In this document: in pieces, positions 34,766-44,352 of the stretch
How the letters are laid out: every line of letters begins with the position of its first letter
Numbering within the stretch: the stretch's first letter is position 1
DNA from: Oscillospiraceae bacterium
GTDB taxonomy: Bacteria > Bacillota_I > Bacilli_A > RFN20 > CAG-288
DNA length: 59,727 nucleotides
Reading direction: 5' to 3'
Assembly (NCBI GenBank): GCA_963654365.1
Contig: CAVJZP010000004.1
Span: 1-59,727 of the forward strand
Program-made: the position numbers and the translations under genes
The notes under the pieces: generated by a model
What the model saw: only the letters and a program-made list of their open reading frames with translations
Told to the model about the DNA's origin: nothing
Databases searched by the model: none

Positions 34766-35317
34766 TTAGGCGGCAGACTTCTTGGCAGAAGCGGGCTGAC
34801 GGAGCGTGATGACTTCGCCTTTGTAGCGAATGCCTTTTCCGTGATAGCATTCCGGCTTGCGGACATCGCGGATGACAGCAGCCTGCTGTCCGACAATCTG
34901 CTTGTCGATGCCTTCGACAATGATTTCCATTGTCTTGGTATTGATAGAAATCTTAGCACCGTCGATAGGATGGACAACATCCTCATGAGAGTGACCAACA
35001 TGTAAGACAAGGTCAGTTCCTCTCATTTCAGCACGGTAGCCGACACCCTTGACTTCGAGAGTCTTGGTGAAACCTTCGTTGACGCCTTTGACCATATCGT
35101 TGATCAAGGCTCTGGCAGTGCCATGGTTCATCTTCATGACGATGCTATCGTCAGGACGAGTGACATGGAATTTTCCATCTTTCTCTTCGAAATTGAGGTG
35201 GGCGTTGAACTTCTTGGTGAGTTCGCCCTTAGGTCCCTTGACAGTGACAACATTATCCTTGACGGTAATGGTGACACCAGCCGGGATAGCGATAGGTTCT
35301 CTTCCGATTCTAGACAT
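34766..35317 (-). CDS. rplF: 50S ribosomal protein L6
   Basis: MSRIGREPIAIPAGVTITV...KGVGYRA...GKGIRY. Confidence 0.95.
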   Translation of the reverse strand: MSRIGREPIAIPAGVTITVKDNVVTVKGPKGELTKKFNAHLNFEEKDGKFHVTRPDDSIVMKMNHGTARALINDMVKGVNEGFTKTLEVKGVGYRAEMRGTDLVLHVGHSHEDVVHPIDGAKISINTKTMEIIVEGIDKQIVGQQAAVIRDVRKPECYHGKGIRYKGEVITLRQPASAKKSAA

Positions 35318-35328
35318 GGTTTACCTCC

Positions 35329-35730
35329 TTACCAGACATAGGCGAGCACTTCGCCGCCGATGTTCTGTTTTCTGGCAGTCTTGTCTGTCATCAATCCCTT
35401 AGAGGTGCTGATGATAGCGATGCCTAAGCCGTTGCGGACTCTGGGGAGCTTATCAGCAGGAACCGTGATGCGAAGACCCGGTTTGGAGATTCTCTGGATG
35501 CCGTTAAGAACGCGGTTATCGTGAGAATCATACTTCAAGGTGATGACCAAGGTCTTGTAAGGCTTGCCTTCCTCTTCCTTGATCTCATAATCCTTGATAA
35601 AGCCTTCATCTTTAAGGATTTTGACGATTTCTACACCGATCTTGAAGGACGGAAGAGAAGTCGTTTCATTCTTCATAAGGTTAGCGTTGCGGATATGGGT
35701 AAGTAAATCCGCGATTGTATCATTGACCAT
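35329..35730 (-). CDS. rpsH: 30S ribosomal protein S8
   Basis: DTIADLLTHIRNANL...GLGIAIISTSKGLMTDKTARKQNIGGEVLAYVW. Confidence 0.95.
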   Translation of the reverse strand: MVNDTIADLLTHIRNANLMKNETTSLPSFKIGVEIVKILKDEGFIKDYEIKEEEGKPYKTLVITLKYDSHDNRVLNGIQRISKPGLRITVPADKLPRVRNGLGIAIISTSKGLMTDKTARKQNIGGEVLAYVW

Positions 35731-35748
35731 ATTTCTCTTCTCCTTTCA

Positions 35749-35937
35749 TTACCAGCTGGCCTTGTGCATGCCAGGGATTTCTCCCTTGTAGGCCATCTCT
35801 CTTAAGCAGATACGGCAGAGGCCGAACTGTCTGAGGACGCCATGGACTCTTCCGCAGCGGGTGCAGCGGGTGTAGTTCTGAGTCTTAGGATGCTTTTTGG
35901 GCTTGGCACATTTGATCATTAAAGCTTTTCTAGCCAT
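35749..35937 (-). CDS. rpsN: 30S ribosomal protein S14, short zinc-binding (type Z)
   Basis: 62 aa with [20 protein letters not shown] (CxxC...CxxC). Confidence 0.9.
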   Translation of the reverse strand: MARKALMIKCAKPKKHPKTQNYTRCTRCGRVHGVLRQFGLCRICLREMAYKGEIPGMHKASW

Positions 35938-35952
35938 GATGTTTTCCTCCTA

Positions 35953-36564
35953 TTACTTTGTGAAGGGCATGCCAAGCTTAGAGAGCAAAGCATATGCTTC
36001 TTTGTCGGTCTTAGCAGTAGTGACGATAACAACGTCCATACCCTGTGTGCGACTGACTTTGTCATATTGGATTTCAGGGAAGATCAACTGTTCCTTGACA
36101 CCAACAGAATAGTTTCCTCTGCCATCGAAGGAATCCTTGTTGATACCGCGGAAGTCGCGGACACGAGGAAGATCGATAGTGATGAACTTATCGAGGAAAT
36201 CGTACATACGGACTCTGCGAAGGGTGACCTTGACACCGACCGGGACGCCTTCACGAAGCTTGAAGTTAGCGATGGACTTTCTAGCTCTTGTGACAACAGG
36301 ATGCTGACCAGAGATAGTAGCCATTTCGTTGACAGCTTCTTCGACGTTCTTCTCGTTGCCGCCGGCCTCACCAAGACGCATGTTGAGGATGATCTTGACG
36401 ACCTTCGGACATTCCATGATGGAGGAATATCCGAATTCCTTCATGAGTTCAGGAACGATTTCTTCATTGTATCTAGTCTCAAGACGGGAGACATATTTGG
36501 CCTTTTGATTGCCCTGAGAATGAGATTTTTTTACGGATACACCGTTTTTCTTTTCTTCAGCCAT
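35953..36564 (-). CDS. rplE: 50S ribosomal protein L5 (short N-terminal extension)
   Basis: [29 protein letters not shown]...[10 protein letters not shown]. Confidence 0.95.
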   Translation of the reverse strand: MAEEKKNGVSVKKSHSQGNQKAKYVSRLETRYNEEIVPELMKEFGYSSIMECPKVVKIILNMRLGEAGGNEKNVEEAVNEMATISGQHPVVTRARKSIANFKLREGVPVGVKVTLRRVRMYDFLDKFITIDLPRVRDFRGINKDSFDGRGNYSVGVKEQLIFPEIQYDKVSRTQGMDVVIVTTAKTDKEAYALLSKLGMPFTK

Positions 36565-36575
36565 TTTTCTTCTCC

Positions 36576-36881
36576 TTACTTGATGATCTCGCCGCTGACC
36601 TTAGCGACGCGAACTTTCTTATCATCGACTAATTTGTAGCCGACTTTGGTAGCCTTCTTGGCCTTCTCATCATAGAAAGCAACATTGCTCACATCGATAG
36701 GAGCGTTGATTTCCTTGATGGAGCCCTTTTCATTCTGAGTAGGCTTAACATGTTTCTTCTGAACATTGACACCCTCGACGATGACTTTGCCAGTCTTCGG
36801 CATGGCCTTGAGAACCTTGCCGATTTTGCCTTTATCATCACCAGAGATAACAATGACAGTATCACCAGTTTTAATTTTCAT
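36576..36881 (-). CDS. rplX: 50S ribosomal protein L24
   Basis: [24 protein letters not shown] is the KOW motif. Confidence 0.95.
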   Translation of the reverse strand: MKIKTGDTVIVISGDDKGKIGKVLKAMPKTGKVIVEGVNVQKKHVKPTQNEKGSIKEINAPIDVSNVAFYDEKAKKATKVGYKLVDDKKVRVAKVSGEIIK

Positions 36882-36900
36882 GATTACCTTCCTCCTTGGT

Positions 36901-37275
36901 TTAGAGAACCTCGACCGCCAAAGAGACGATCTTCATGTACTTATCGCCCTTTTCACGAAGTTCACGGGCAACAGGTCCGAAGACACGTGTGCCTTTCGGA
37001 GATCCGTCTTCGTTGATGAGGACAACAGCATTGTCATCAAACTTGATGGTGGAACCATCTTTTCTCTGATATGCTTTCTTGACACGGACGATGACGCCCT
37101 TGACAACATCGGACTTCTTGACCTTGCCGTTCGGGATGGCATCCTTGACTGCGCAGATGACAACATCACCAACGGAAGCGGAACGGCGATGAGATCCACC
37201 GACAAGATGGAAGACACGGACGCTCTTGGCACCGGAGTTATCGGCAACAACCAGGTTAGTTTCAGTCTGAACCAT
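36901..37275 (-). CDS. rplN: 50S ribosomal protein L14
   Basis: [19 protein letters not shown]...[11 protein letters not shown]. Confidence 0.95.
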   Translation of the reverse strand: MVQTETNLVVADNSGAKSVRVFHLVGGSHRRSASVGDVVICAVKDAIPNGKVKKSDVVKGVIVRVKKAYQRKDGSTIKFDDNAVVLINEDGSPKGTRVFGPVARELREKGDKYMKIVSLAVEVL

Positions 37276-37277
37276 GA

Positions 37278-37559
37278 TTATTCTCCCTTCTTCACGACTT
37301 CAACGAGACGGAATCTCTTGTCGTGAGATAACGGACGGCATTCTTCGAAGATAACAACATCGCCGACCTGAGCAACAGAATTGCGATCGTCGACTTTGTA
37401 TTTCTTACGGACAGCAACTCTCTTCTTGTAAACAGGATGAGCTCTGTAGGTTTCGGTTTCGACGACAATGGTCTTCATCATCTTGTTGGAGACGACGACA
37501 CCCTGTAAACGTCTCTTGTTAGAGGCCTCGATGACCTTTTTATCTAATTCTTCAGCCAT
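37278..37559 (-). CDS. rpsQ: 30S ribosomal protein S17
   Basis: ORF track 37278..37565. The second ATG (37559) is better spaced from [35 protein letters not shown]. Confidence 0.9.
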   Translation of the reverse strand: MAEELDKKVIEASNKRRLQGVVVSNKMMKTIVVETETYRAHPVYKKRVAVRKKYKVDDRNSVAQVGDVVIFEECRPLSHDKRFRLVEVVKKGE

Positions 37560-37576
37560 TTTCATGTGCCTCCTGA

Positions 37577-37795
37577 TTACTTGCCTTCAGCAGCAGTGGC
37601 TGCGGCGGCATTCTTACGTTCCTGAATGACAGTAAGGCATCTTGCGATATCCTTACGTGCGACGGTGATCTTTGCACCATTGTCCAACTGACCAGCTTTG
37701 GCCTGCAATCTAAGGTTGAGCAACTCACCCTTGAGTTCATAGACCTTCATAGCGAGGTCGTTGTCAGACAGTTTTCTAACATCTTCAATTGTCAT
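37577..37795 (-). CDS. rpmC: 50S ribosomal protein L29
   Basis: LSDNDLAMKVYELKGELLNLRLQAKAGQL. Confidence 0.9.
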   Translation of the reverse strand: MTIEDVRKLSDNDLAMKVYELKGELLNLRLQAKAGQLDNGAKITVARKDIARCLTVIQERKNAAAATAAEGK

Positions 37796-38214
37796 TATTT
37801 AGTTTCCTCGCCTTTCTTAACGACTCTGCTCTTAACGGAGAGCTTGTAACCGGCCTGATGTAAAGCCTGCTTTGCATCAGCTTCGCTGATTCCACCGATT
37901 TCGAACATGACTGTCCCCTTTTCGATGACGGCATCCCAGGTTTCGACGGTACCTTTACCGTTACCCATACGGACCTCAGCAGGTTTCTTTGTGATACCGA
38001 GGTAAGGGAAGACACGGATGTAGGACTTTCCGACCTTCTTGGTATAACGGGAGAGAACGACACGGGCAGCCTCAATCTGACGGTTGGAAATATATCCGCC
38101 TTCGGTAGCGGCAAGGCCGTATTCACCGTAAGCGACAGTGTTTCCGCGGGAAGCGGCTGTCTTCGGTCTGATAAGGTGGCTTCTGCGCCACTTCATTCTT
38201 TTAGGCTGTAACAT
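37795..38214 (-). CDS. rplP: 50S ribosomal protein L16
   Basis: MLQPKRMKWRRSH...RMGNGKGTVETW. Confidence 0.95.
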   Translation of the reverse strand: MLQPKRMKWRRSHLIRPKTAASRGNTVAYGEYGLAATEGGYISNRQIEAARVVLSRYTKKVGKSYIRVFPYLGITKKPAEVRMGNGKGTVETWDAVIEKGTVMFEIGGISEADAKQALHQAGYKLSVKSRVVKKGEETK

Positions 38215-38217
38215 TGC

Positions 38218-39003
38218 TTATTCTCCTTTCTTCTCATCATCCTTTGTGGCAGAAGGAGTGACAGCAGGACGGGCAGCTCTGTTGCCGTTGTTAGGACGGC
38301 GGTTGAAGCGACCGCGATTGCCGAACTTTCCGCCTTCGTCAGGACGACGGTTTCTGAGTTCCTCATAGTTATCGGGGAGAGCAATCCAGACCTTAACACC
38401 GATGACACCATAAGTGGTGTTGCAGGGTGTGTAGGCATAATCGATAGGCTGACGGAGCGTATGGAGGGAGAGGACGCCTTCGCGATACTCTTCATAACGA
38501 GCGATTTCAGCACCGCCGATTCTACCCTTGGTCATGGTCTTGCAGCCCTTGGCGCCAGCTCTCATGACTCTCTGGAGAGCCTTCTTCTGAACGACTCTGT
38601 AAGAAGCGCGTTCCTGAAGCTGCTTGGCGATATCCTTGGCGACCAACATAGCATCGAGATCAGGATTCTTGATTTCAACGATGGCAATGCTGATTTTCTT
38701 GCTGTCTTTCTTGAGAATCTTGACGAGCTTTGCCTTGATGGCATTGATCTGTTCAGAATCCTTGCCGATGACGATGGCAGGATGGGAGACAAAGATAGAG
38801 ACTGTGATGCTATCTTTGATTCTCTCAATGTCGATTCTGGAAAGACCAGCATCGATTTTGTTGAGAAGGGGCTCCAAATAGCCACGGATTTTGATGTCTT
38901 CGTCTAAGCAAGAAGCGAAATTCTTCTTGTCAGCATACCAATGACTGGACCAGTCACGATTGATGCCGATACGCAATCCATTAGGATTAACTTTCTGACC
39001 CAT
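38218..39003 (-). CDS. rpsC: 30S ribosomal protein S3 (RG/N-rich C-terminal extension)
   Basis: MGQKVNPNGLRIGINRDW... is the KH domain region. The tail reads RRPDEGGKFGNRGRFNRRPNNGNRAARP. Confidence 0.95.
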   Translation of the reverse strand: MGQKVNPNGLRIGINRDWSSHWYADKKNFASCLDEDIKIRGYLEPLLNKIDAGLSRIDIERIKDSITVSIFVSHPAIVIGKDSEQINAIKAKLVKILKKDSKKISIAIVEIKNPDLDAMLVAKDIAKQLQERASYRVVQKKALQRVMRAGAKGCKTMTKGRIGGAEIARYEEYREGVLSLHTLRQPIDYAYTPCNTTYGVIGVKVWIALPDNYEELRNRRPDEGGKFGNRGRFNRRPNNGNRAARPAVTPSATKDDEKKGE

Positions 39004-39006
39004 GGT

Positions 39007-39408
39007 TTACTTAGCCTCCCTATTCTTCAGAGTAACATAGACATGCGACCATCTCTTGATGAGGCCGGATGCGGAACCCTTGGCTCTGGGAAGGATTCTC
39101 TTCAATCTCATAGCATCGTTAGCTGTGATCTCAGCGATGTAGAGTGTGTCTGCATCCATACCGTAGTTGTTGACGGCATTGGCTTCAGCAGACTTGATAA
39201 GTTTCTTGATATCTTTGGCGCAAAGCTTGGCAGTGTTGTCAAGGATATCATAGGCTTCAGCAATATTCTTGCCTCTGACAAGGTCGATGACCAATCTGAC
39301 CTTACGAGGTGTGACGCCGTAGTTAAGGAGCTTAGCCTTGGCTTCGGTGACCTTTTTTTCTTCAGCCGGAGCAGCTGCTTCGGTTTTCTTGATTTCTTTA
39401 TCAGCCAT
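39007..39408 (-). CDS. rplV: 50S ribosomal protein L22 (N-terminal extension)
   Basis: GVTPRKVRLVIDLVRGKNIAEAYDIL...RAKGSASGLIKRWSHVYVTL. Confidence 0.95.
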   Translation of the reverse strand: MADKEIKKTEAAAPAEEKKVTEAKAKLLNYGVTPRKVRLVIDLVRGKNIAEAYDILDNTAKLCAKDIKKLIKSAEANAVNNYGMDADTLYIAEITANDAMRLKRILPRAKGSASGLIKRWSHVYVTLKNREAK

Positions 39409-39419
39409 GTTGATTCTCC

Positions 39420-39698
39420 TTACTTAGTAGACTGGTCATCACCAGAACGATGATGGGTGAATGTACGAGTGAAGACGAATTCACCAAGTTTGTGGCCGAC
39501 CATATCTTCTGTGATATAGACCGGGACAAAAGCTCTTCCGTTGTGAACAGAGATGGTATGTTCAATGAATTCCGGGAAGATTGTGGAACGTCTGGACCAA
39601 GTCTTGATGACTTCCTTCTTTCCAGAGGCGTTCTGATCCTGAATTCTCTTCAGGAGTTTAGGATCGCAATACGGACCTTTTTTAGAACTTCTAGACAT
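39420..39698 (-). CDS. rpsS: 30S ribosomal protein S19
   Basis: [10 protein letters not shown]...[24 protein letters not shown]. Confidence 0.95.
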   Translation of the reverse strand: MSRSSKKGPYCDPKLLKRIQDQNASGKKEVIKTWSRRSTIFPEFIEHTISVHNGRAFVPVYITEDMVGHKLGEFVFTRTFTHHRSGDDQSTK

Positions 39699-39717
39699 TT
39701 GTCATTCTCCTCCTGAT

Positions 39718-40548
39718 TTACTTGCCGTTGCGTCTTCTGACGATCAAACGGTTGCTTCTGCACTTCTTGGATCTGGTCTTGACGCCCATGAGTCTTCTGC
39801 CCCAAGGTGATCTAGGAGCATCGTGACCGACAGGGTTCTTACCTTCACCGCCGCCGTGCGGGTGGTCGTTCGGGTTCATGACAGCACCACGGACAGTCGG
39901 ACGTTCGCCGAGCCATCTGGTTCTGCCAGCCTTACCCTTGCTGATAAGGTTATAATCTTCGTTTCCGACAGTGCCAACGGTGGCTCTGCAGGTGAGAAGG
40001 ACTTTTCTGACTTCGCCGGAAGCAAGACGTAAGGTGGCATATTTGCCTTCCTTACCTAAGATCTGAGCGGCTGTACCAGCAGCGCGGCAGACCTGTCCGC
40101 CCTTACCAGGCTGAAGTTCAATGTTGTGAACCATGATACCTTCAGGGATGGAAGCGAGTTCCATGCAGTTTCCGACAGCGATTTCTCCTGCCTTTCCATC
40201 AGTGACAGTCATTCCGACGGTCAAGCCTTTCGGGCAGATGATGTATCTCTTCTTGCCATTGGAATTGATAAGAAGGGCGATACGGCAGTTTCTGTTCGGA
40301 TCATATTCGATCGCTTTGACGACAGATGTAGTCTCACCGGCTCTCTTGAAGTCGATGATACGATACATTCTCTTGTTGCCACCGCCGATATGGCGAGTGG
40401 TGATGTAGCCCTGATTGTTTCTACCGCCAGTCTTCTTAAGCGGTTTGAGCAAAGATTTTTCAGGAGCCTTTTTCGTGAGATCTTTGGTGGAAATAGTGGC
40501 GAGATTTCTCATACCGCCGGTAAGCGGGTTATAAGTTTTGATAGCCAT
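39718..40548 (-). CDS. rplB: 50S ribosomal protein L2
   Basis: [23 protein letters not shown]...[13 protein letters not shown]. Confidence 0.95.
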   Translation of the reverse strand: MAIKTYNPLTGGMRNLATISTKDLTKKAPEKSLLKPLKKTGGRNNQGYITTRHIGGGNKRMYRIIDFKRAGETTSVVKAIEYDPNRNCRIALLINSNGKKRYIICPKGLTVGMTVTDGKAGEIAVGNCMELASIPEGIMVHNIELQPGKGGQVCRAAGTAAQILGKEGKYATLRLASGEVRKVLLTCRATVGTVGNEDYNLISKGKAGRTRWLGERPTVRGAVMNPNDHPHGGGEGKNPVGHDAPRSPWGRRLMGVKTRSKKCRSNRLIVRRRNGK

Positions 40549-40571
40549 GTTATTCTCCTATAATTCTTTCT

Positions 40572-41084
40572 TTACTTTTCATCAGATTCGGCGTTGGCCT
40601 TTCTTTCTTCGCTTGCGACGGCATCAGTGACCTTGGCAAGATCGAAGGAAGAATCAAATCTGACGATGGCTTTCTTGTAAGCGGGAAGCTTACCAGAATA
40701 TCTTCCGACTCTTCTGGTCTTAGGAAGGACATTCATAGTGTTGACACTCTTGACCTTACCCTGGAAGATAGCCTGGACAGCAGCCTTGATTTCAAGTTTG
40801 CTGGCCTTCTTGTCAACGGCGAAGACAAGAGCGTTCTCTTTGTCTCTGAGTTTCTGTGTCTCTTCGGTGACAAGAATCTGCTTGATGATGGAAAAGTCTT
40901 TGATTGTAGCTGCGTGGAAAAGAAGTTCGACTTCTTCTTCCTTCGGAGCTTCTTCGACTTTCTTAGCCTTCTTGACAGTTGCTTTCTTAGCAGTTGTCTT
41001 CTTGGCAGCAGTCTTCTTGACTGCCTTTTTCTTAGCAGGAACTTCTTCTTCGACAGTTTCTGCGTTCTTGATTTCTTCAGCCAT
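40572..41084 (-). CDS. rplW: 50S ribosomal protein L23 with about 65-aa K/A-rich N-terminal extension
   Basis: The core IIKQILVTEETQKL...LEIKAAVQAIFQGKVKSVNTMNV is preceded by AKKKAVKKTAAKKTTAKKATVKKAKK. The ATG overlaps the rplD stop (TAATG). I see no in-frame ATG/GTG/TTG between that ATG and the core. Confidence 0.9.
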   Translation of the reverse strand: MAEEIKNAETVEEEVPAKKKAVKKTAAKKTTAKKATVKKAKKVEEAPKEEEVELLFHAATIKDFSIIKQILVTEETQKLRDKENALVFAVDKKASKLEIKAAVQAIFQGKVKSVNTMNVLPKTRRVGRYSGKLPAYKKAIVRFDSSFDLAKVTDAVASEERKANAESDEK

Positions 41085-41749
41085 TATTTTGCTTCCTCCT
41101 CATGTTCGTCATCTAAGACGGCAGGAACGACGCCTTTGACAAGAATGAGCTTCTTGGCATTGAGGATGTCATAGACGGAAACATTATCAGCAAAGACAAC
41201 TTTGACAGAGGGGATGTTTCCACTTGCGAGAAGAAGATTCTCGTCAAGATCAGAAAGAACAAGAAGGTTCTTTTTCTCGTCTGCGCCAATGGCCTTTAAG
41301 GCTTTGACGAAGTCCTTAGTCTTATGGGATTCGAATCCCTTGTCGTCAAGAACGATGATGTCATTGCTCTTGGCTTTGTCAGAAAGAGCGGAAACAAGTG
41401 CGATGTAGTGCTCTCTCTTGTTCATCTTCAGAGTGTGGTTCTGTTCGCCGTTCGGGCCATGAACAACACCGCCGTGTCTCCAGACAGGAGAGTTGGTTGT
41501 GCCGGCTCTGGCTCTGCCAGTGCCCTTCTGTCTCCAAGGTTTACGGTTAGAGCCATGGACGAGGTCACGGGTAAGAGTGTGAGCAGTGTCAACTCTACGG
41601 TTGGAAAGATCAACGCGGACAGCTCTCTGAACAGCATATTCATTGATTTCAGCGTTGAACAAGTCACCGGGAAGGGTGATTTCCTCGACTTTGTTGCCGG
41701 CATAATCAACTACCGGCCAGTTATTGAGATTTTCGTTAGCCATTTTCAT
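41084..41749 (-). CDS. rplD: 50S ribosomal protein L4
   Basis: RKPWRQKGTGRARAGTTNSPVWRHGGVVHGP. Confidence 0.95.
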   Translation of the reverse strand: MKMANENLNNWPVVDYAGNKVEEITLPGDLFNAEINEYAVQRAVRVDLSNRRVDTAHTLTRDLVHGSNRKPWRQKGTGRARAGTTNSPVWRHGGVVHGPNGEQNHTLKMNKREHYIALVSALSDKAKSNDIIVLDDKGFESHKTKDFVKALKAIGADEKKNLLVLSDLDENLLLASGNIPSVKVVFADNVSVYDILNAKKLILVKGVVPAVLDDEHEEEAK

Positions 41750-41761
41750 TCTCCTTCACGA

Positions 41762-42550
41762 TTACTTGCCCATCTTCTTGGAGTTCTTCATCGGGTTGAG
41801 AGCCTTGGTCGGAGTGGCGGCTGCCTTAGCGGCAAGAGCCTCAGCTTCCTTCTTTTCGATTTCAGCAGCTGTCTCCTTGGTGTAGTCGATAACTCTAGAA
41901 ACTTCGAAAGGCTTCTTGGCGCTGCGAACGGTGCTCTTGATCTTGATGATAGAGTACTTCGGACCAGCGACGGAACCTCTGATGAGGATGCAATTGTTTT
42001 CGGGATTGACGTCAACGATAGGTAAGTTAAGTACTGTTCTGACTTTCGGTCTCCACTGACCAGACATTTTCTTGCCTGCGTGGACTCTGTTGTTGCAACG
42101 TCCGTTTGTTGCCAAAGAACCGATCTGTCTGTGATAGCCGGAACCATGTCCCTTCGGACCGATTGTTCCATGATATCTCTTGATGGTGCCAGTGTAACCA
42201 TGACCCTTGCTAAGGCCAGTTACATCGACCATGTCTCCAGCCTTGAAGATGGAGCAGTCAATGCTGTCACCAAGGTTGTACTTGCCGTAGATTTCATCGC
42301 CTTCCAGTTCGCGGTGGAAATACTTAGGAGCGGTGTTTGCCTTCTTGGCAATTCCAAGTTCTGCTTTGTTGGCGCGATGTTCTTTCTTGTCTTCATAGCC
42401 GATCTGAAGAGCTTCATAACCGTCTTTCTCTTTGGTCTTAACCTGAGTGACAACGTTAGGAAGTACTTCGACGACAGTGACCGGATATGTGGAGCCGTCT
42501 TCAGCGAAGACAGATGTCATTCCGATTTTTCTTCCGATAATGGATTTCAT
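41762..42550 (-). CDS. rplC: 50S ribosomal protein L3 (C-terminal extension)
   Basis: MKSIIGRKIGMTSVF...TGLSKGHGYTGTIKRY... Confidence 0.95.
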   Translation of the reverse strand: MKSIIGRKIGMTSVFAEDGSTYPVTVVEVLPNVVTQVKTKEKDGYEALQIGYEDKKEHRANKAELGIAKKANTAPKYFHRELEGDEIYGKYNLGDSIDCSIFKAGDMVDVTGLSKGHGYTGTIKRYHGTIGPKGHGSGYHRQIGSLATNGRCNNRVHAGKKMSGQWRPKVRTVLNLPIVDVNPENNCILIRGSVAGPKYSIIKIKSTVRSAKKPFEVSRVIDYTKETAAEIEKKEAEALAAKAAATPTKALNPMKNSKKMGK

Positions 42551-42571
42551 AAACTGTGTCTCTCCTTCTCT

Positions 42572-42883
42572 TTAAAGCTTGATTTCAACATCAATGCCAG
42601 CAGGGATATCGAGGCCTTTGAGGATGTCGATTGTCTGCTTTGTAGGATTCTTGATGTCAATCAGTCTCTTATGCGTTCTGATTTCGAACTGTTCACGAGA
42701 ATCTTTGTCCGTAAACGGAGAACGTAAGATTGTGAAGATCTGTTTCTCAGTAGGAAGCGGGATAGGTCCGACAACCTGAGCGCCAGTCTTCGTAGCGGCT
42801 TCTACAATTTTGCTAACCGCTTTGTCAAGGACTTTATGGTCGTAGCCCTTAAGACGAACACGAATGGATTTGTTTTCTGCCAT
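42572..42883 (-). CDS. rpsJ: 30S ribosomal protein S10
   Basis: ORF track 42572..43006. Start moved to ATG 42883 (AAAGGAGG upstream), giving [20 protein letters not shown]... Confidence 0.95.
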   Translation of the reverse strand: MAENKSIRVRLKGYDHKVLDKAVSKIVEAATKTGAQVVGPIPLPTEKQIFTILRSPFTDKDSREQFEIRTHKRLIDIKNPTKQTIDILKGLDIPAGIDVEIKL

Positions 42884-43012
42884 TGTTTTTCCTCCTTTAC
42901 CCGAGATCGATGTTCGGGCTTCCGTTCGGTATGAATTACCGGTAACGCCGACAACCGCTTCGCGCGTTTCCGCAACTTCACACGTCAATACGGGCTGAAA
43001 TGGCATTCAGCG
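42884..43012 (-). promoter_or_regulatory. Structured, GC-rich 5' leader of the S10 operon (about 129 nt)
   Basis: It lies between the predicted TSS and the rpsJ ATG. On the minus strand it contains GCUGAA-ugccau-UUCAGC nested in ACACG/CGUGU, then GCG-GAAA-CGC, then CCCGA-acaucgauc-UCGGG directly 5' of the SD. Confidence 0.45.
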
Positions 43013-43018
43013 TGTTCA

Positions 43019-43047
43019 ATTTTACTCTTATGCATCTGGCAAGTCAA
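43019..43047 (-). promoter_or_regulatory. Promoter of the S10-spc-alpha cluster
   Basis: On the minus strand: TTGACT (43047-43042), 17 nt, TAAAAT (43024-43019). Confidence 0.6.
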
Positions 43048-43204
43048 CACTTTTTTTGATTTTTTTCATGATTCTTATATTTAAATATTTAATGTATTTG
43101 CGCGCACGCGCGTTATAGACAACCGACTCGCGCGTTTCCAAAAGGATATCTTGTTTTGCTTTTCCACTGTTTTCGTTATAAAATGGTTTTTAGAGGTGCT
43201 ATGA

Positions 43205-44305
43205 ATGAAACTAATACTGAATGAACAAGACACGAAGCGATTACTATGTCTCTTTGAGCAATTGGATTGCAATATCTCTGCAAGCGAGGCAGATTCCCTC
43301 TTTCTCAACGAACATTACGATGAGATAACAAAGGAAGATCTGAATGCCTGTCTCATTAACGGCATGGATGAAGAGGAAGGGATGAAATCTCTTTTCCTTT
43401 CAATATTAGGGAAAGAAGAGGAGAATATCAGCGATGCCGTACAATCCTGTAATTTTGGGAAAATCGTATTGCTCGATGCAAAAGAATACCTAGACAATCC
43501 CTATCTCAAGAATGTCAGATCCAAGAATATAAAATCCGGAAAATACGCATTCGAAGAGAACTATTACGCTCCCTATGAATGCTTTGTGTATGACCAAACA
43601 AGAAGCAGAGGAGAAAACTATGCTGAATTAACCCCGATTGGATATTTCAAAAGCAAATTCCCTTATCGTGTCATGACGGAGAACAATTCCGTTTGGATGA
43701 GCATCACGCCTTATGAGATCAATACGATGAAGAAGAGCCTTGAAAAGGCAAAAGGAAAAGTGCTTACCTTCGGACTTGGGCTCGGCTATTACGCCTATAT
43801 GGCAAGTCTGAAAGAGGACGTAGAATCGGTGACGATTGTCGAAAACAGTTCTCAGGTCATCTCTTTATTCACCAAAGAGCAGCTGCTTTCTCAATTTCCG
43901 AATCCAAAGAAAATAAATATCATAAAAGGCGACGCCTTCATCCAGATGAAAAGTGCCGATGATTATGACTATGTCTTTGTCGATATCTATCATGCGGCAG
44001 AGGACGCCCTTCCTCTTTATATTCGTTTCAAGGAGATAGAGAAGAAAAAGAATATAAAGACACCCGTCGACTATTGGATTGAGGATTCCATCCTCGCGTA
44101 CTTCCGACGCTTCGTCCTCACCTTCTTTATGGAAAATATGGAATGTAGTGTAAAAGAAGAAGACTACCTCAATGACTCAACGGACGAAGACCGCATCATG
44201 AAAAAGATTTACCTGTCCCTCAAGGATAAGGAATTCCGTTCGTTTGAAGAAATTCATTCTCTCCTTACTGACGAAGGACTAAAAAATCTCATCCTGTCAT
44301 TCTAA
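43205..44305 (+). CDS. Class I SAM-dependent methyltransferase / spermidine-synthase-like fold protein
   Basis: KVLTFGLGLGYYAYMA is the GxGxG motif I, and DYVFVDIY is an acidic motif as in spermidine-synthase-like enzymes. The N-terminal ~170 aa is unassigned. Confidence 0.5.
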   Translation: MKLILNEQDTKRLLCLFEQLDCNISASEADSLFLNEHYDEITKEDLNACLINGMDEEEGMKSLFLSILGKEEENISDAVQSCNFGKIVLLDAKEYLDNPYLKNVRSKNIKSGKYAFEENYYAPYECFVYDQTRSRGENYAELTPIGYFKSKFPYRVMTENNSVWMSITPYEINTMKKSLEKAKGKVLTFGLGLGYYAYMASLKEDVESVTIVENSSQVISLFTKEQLLSQFPNPKKINIIKGDAFIQMKSADDYDYVFVDIYHAAEDALPLYIRFKEIEKKKNIKTPVDYWIEDSILAYFRRFVLTFFMENMECSVKEEDYLNDSTDEDRIMKKIYLSLKDKEFRSFEEIHSLLTDEGLKNLILSF

Positions 44306-44307
44306 CG

Positions 44308-44352
44308 AAAAAAAGACTTTTGCCAAGAGCTTGCGCTTAAGGCAGAAGCCTT
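44308..44352. terminator. Bidirectional terminator between the methyltransferase-like gene and the MscS gene
   Basis: CTTTTGCC (44317-44324) / GGCAGAAG (44341-44348) with one G-U pair. A-run on the left, T-run on the right. Confidence 0.5.

Noticed and set aside
41324-42727. Two plus-strand ORFs of 233 and 215 aa.
   Set aside because: They are antisense to rplD, rplC and rpsJ, so they are shadow ORFs for the same reason as above.
43106-43135. GC-only inverted repeat ACGCGCG...CGCGCGT (with an alternating GCGCGC run) in the AT-rich region between the S10 promoter and the methyltransferase-like gene.
   Set aside because: It is real in the sequence but short, with a 16-nt loop and no T-run, and I cannot tie it to a promoter or gene end. 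That is insufficient for a functional call.
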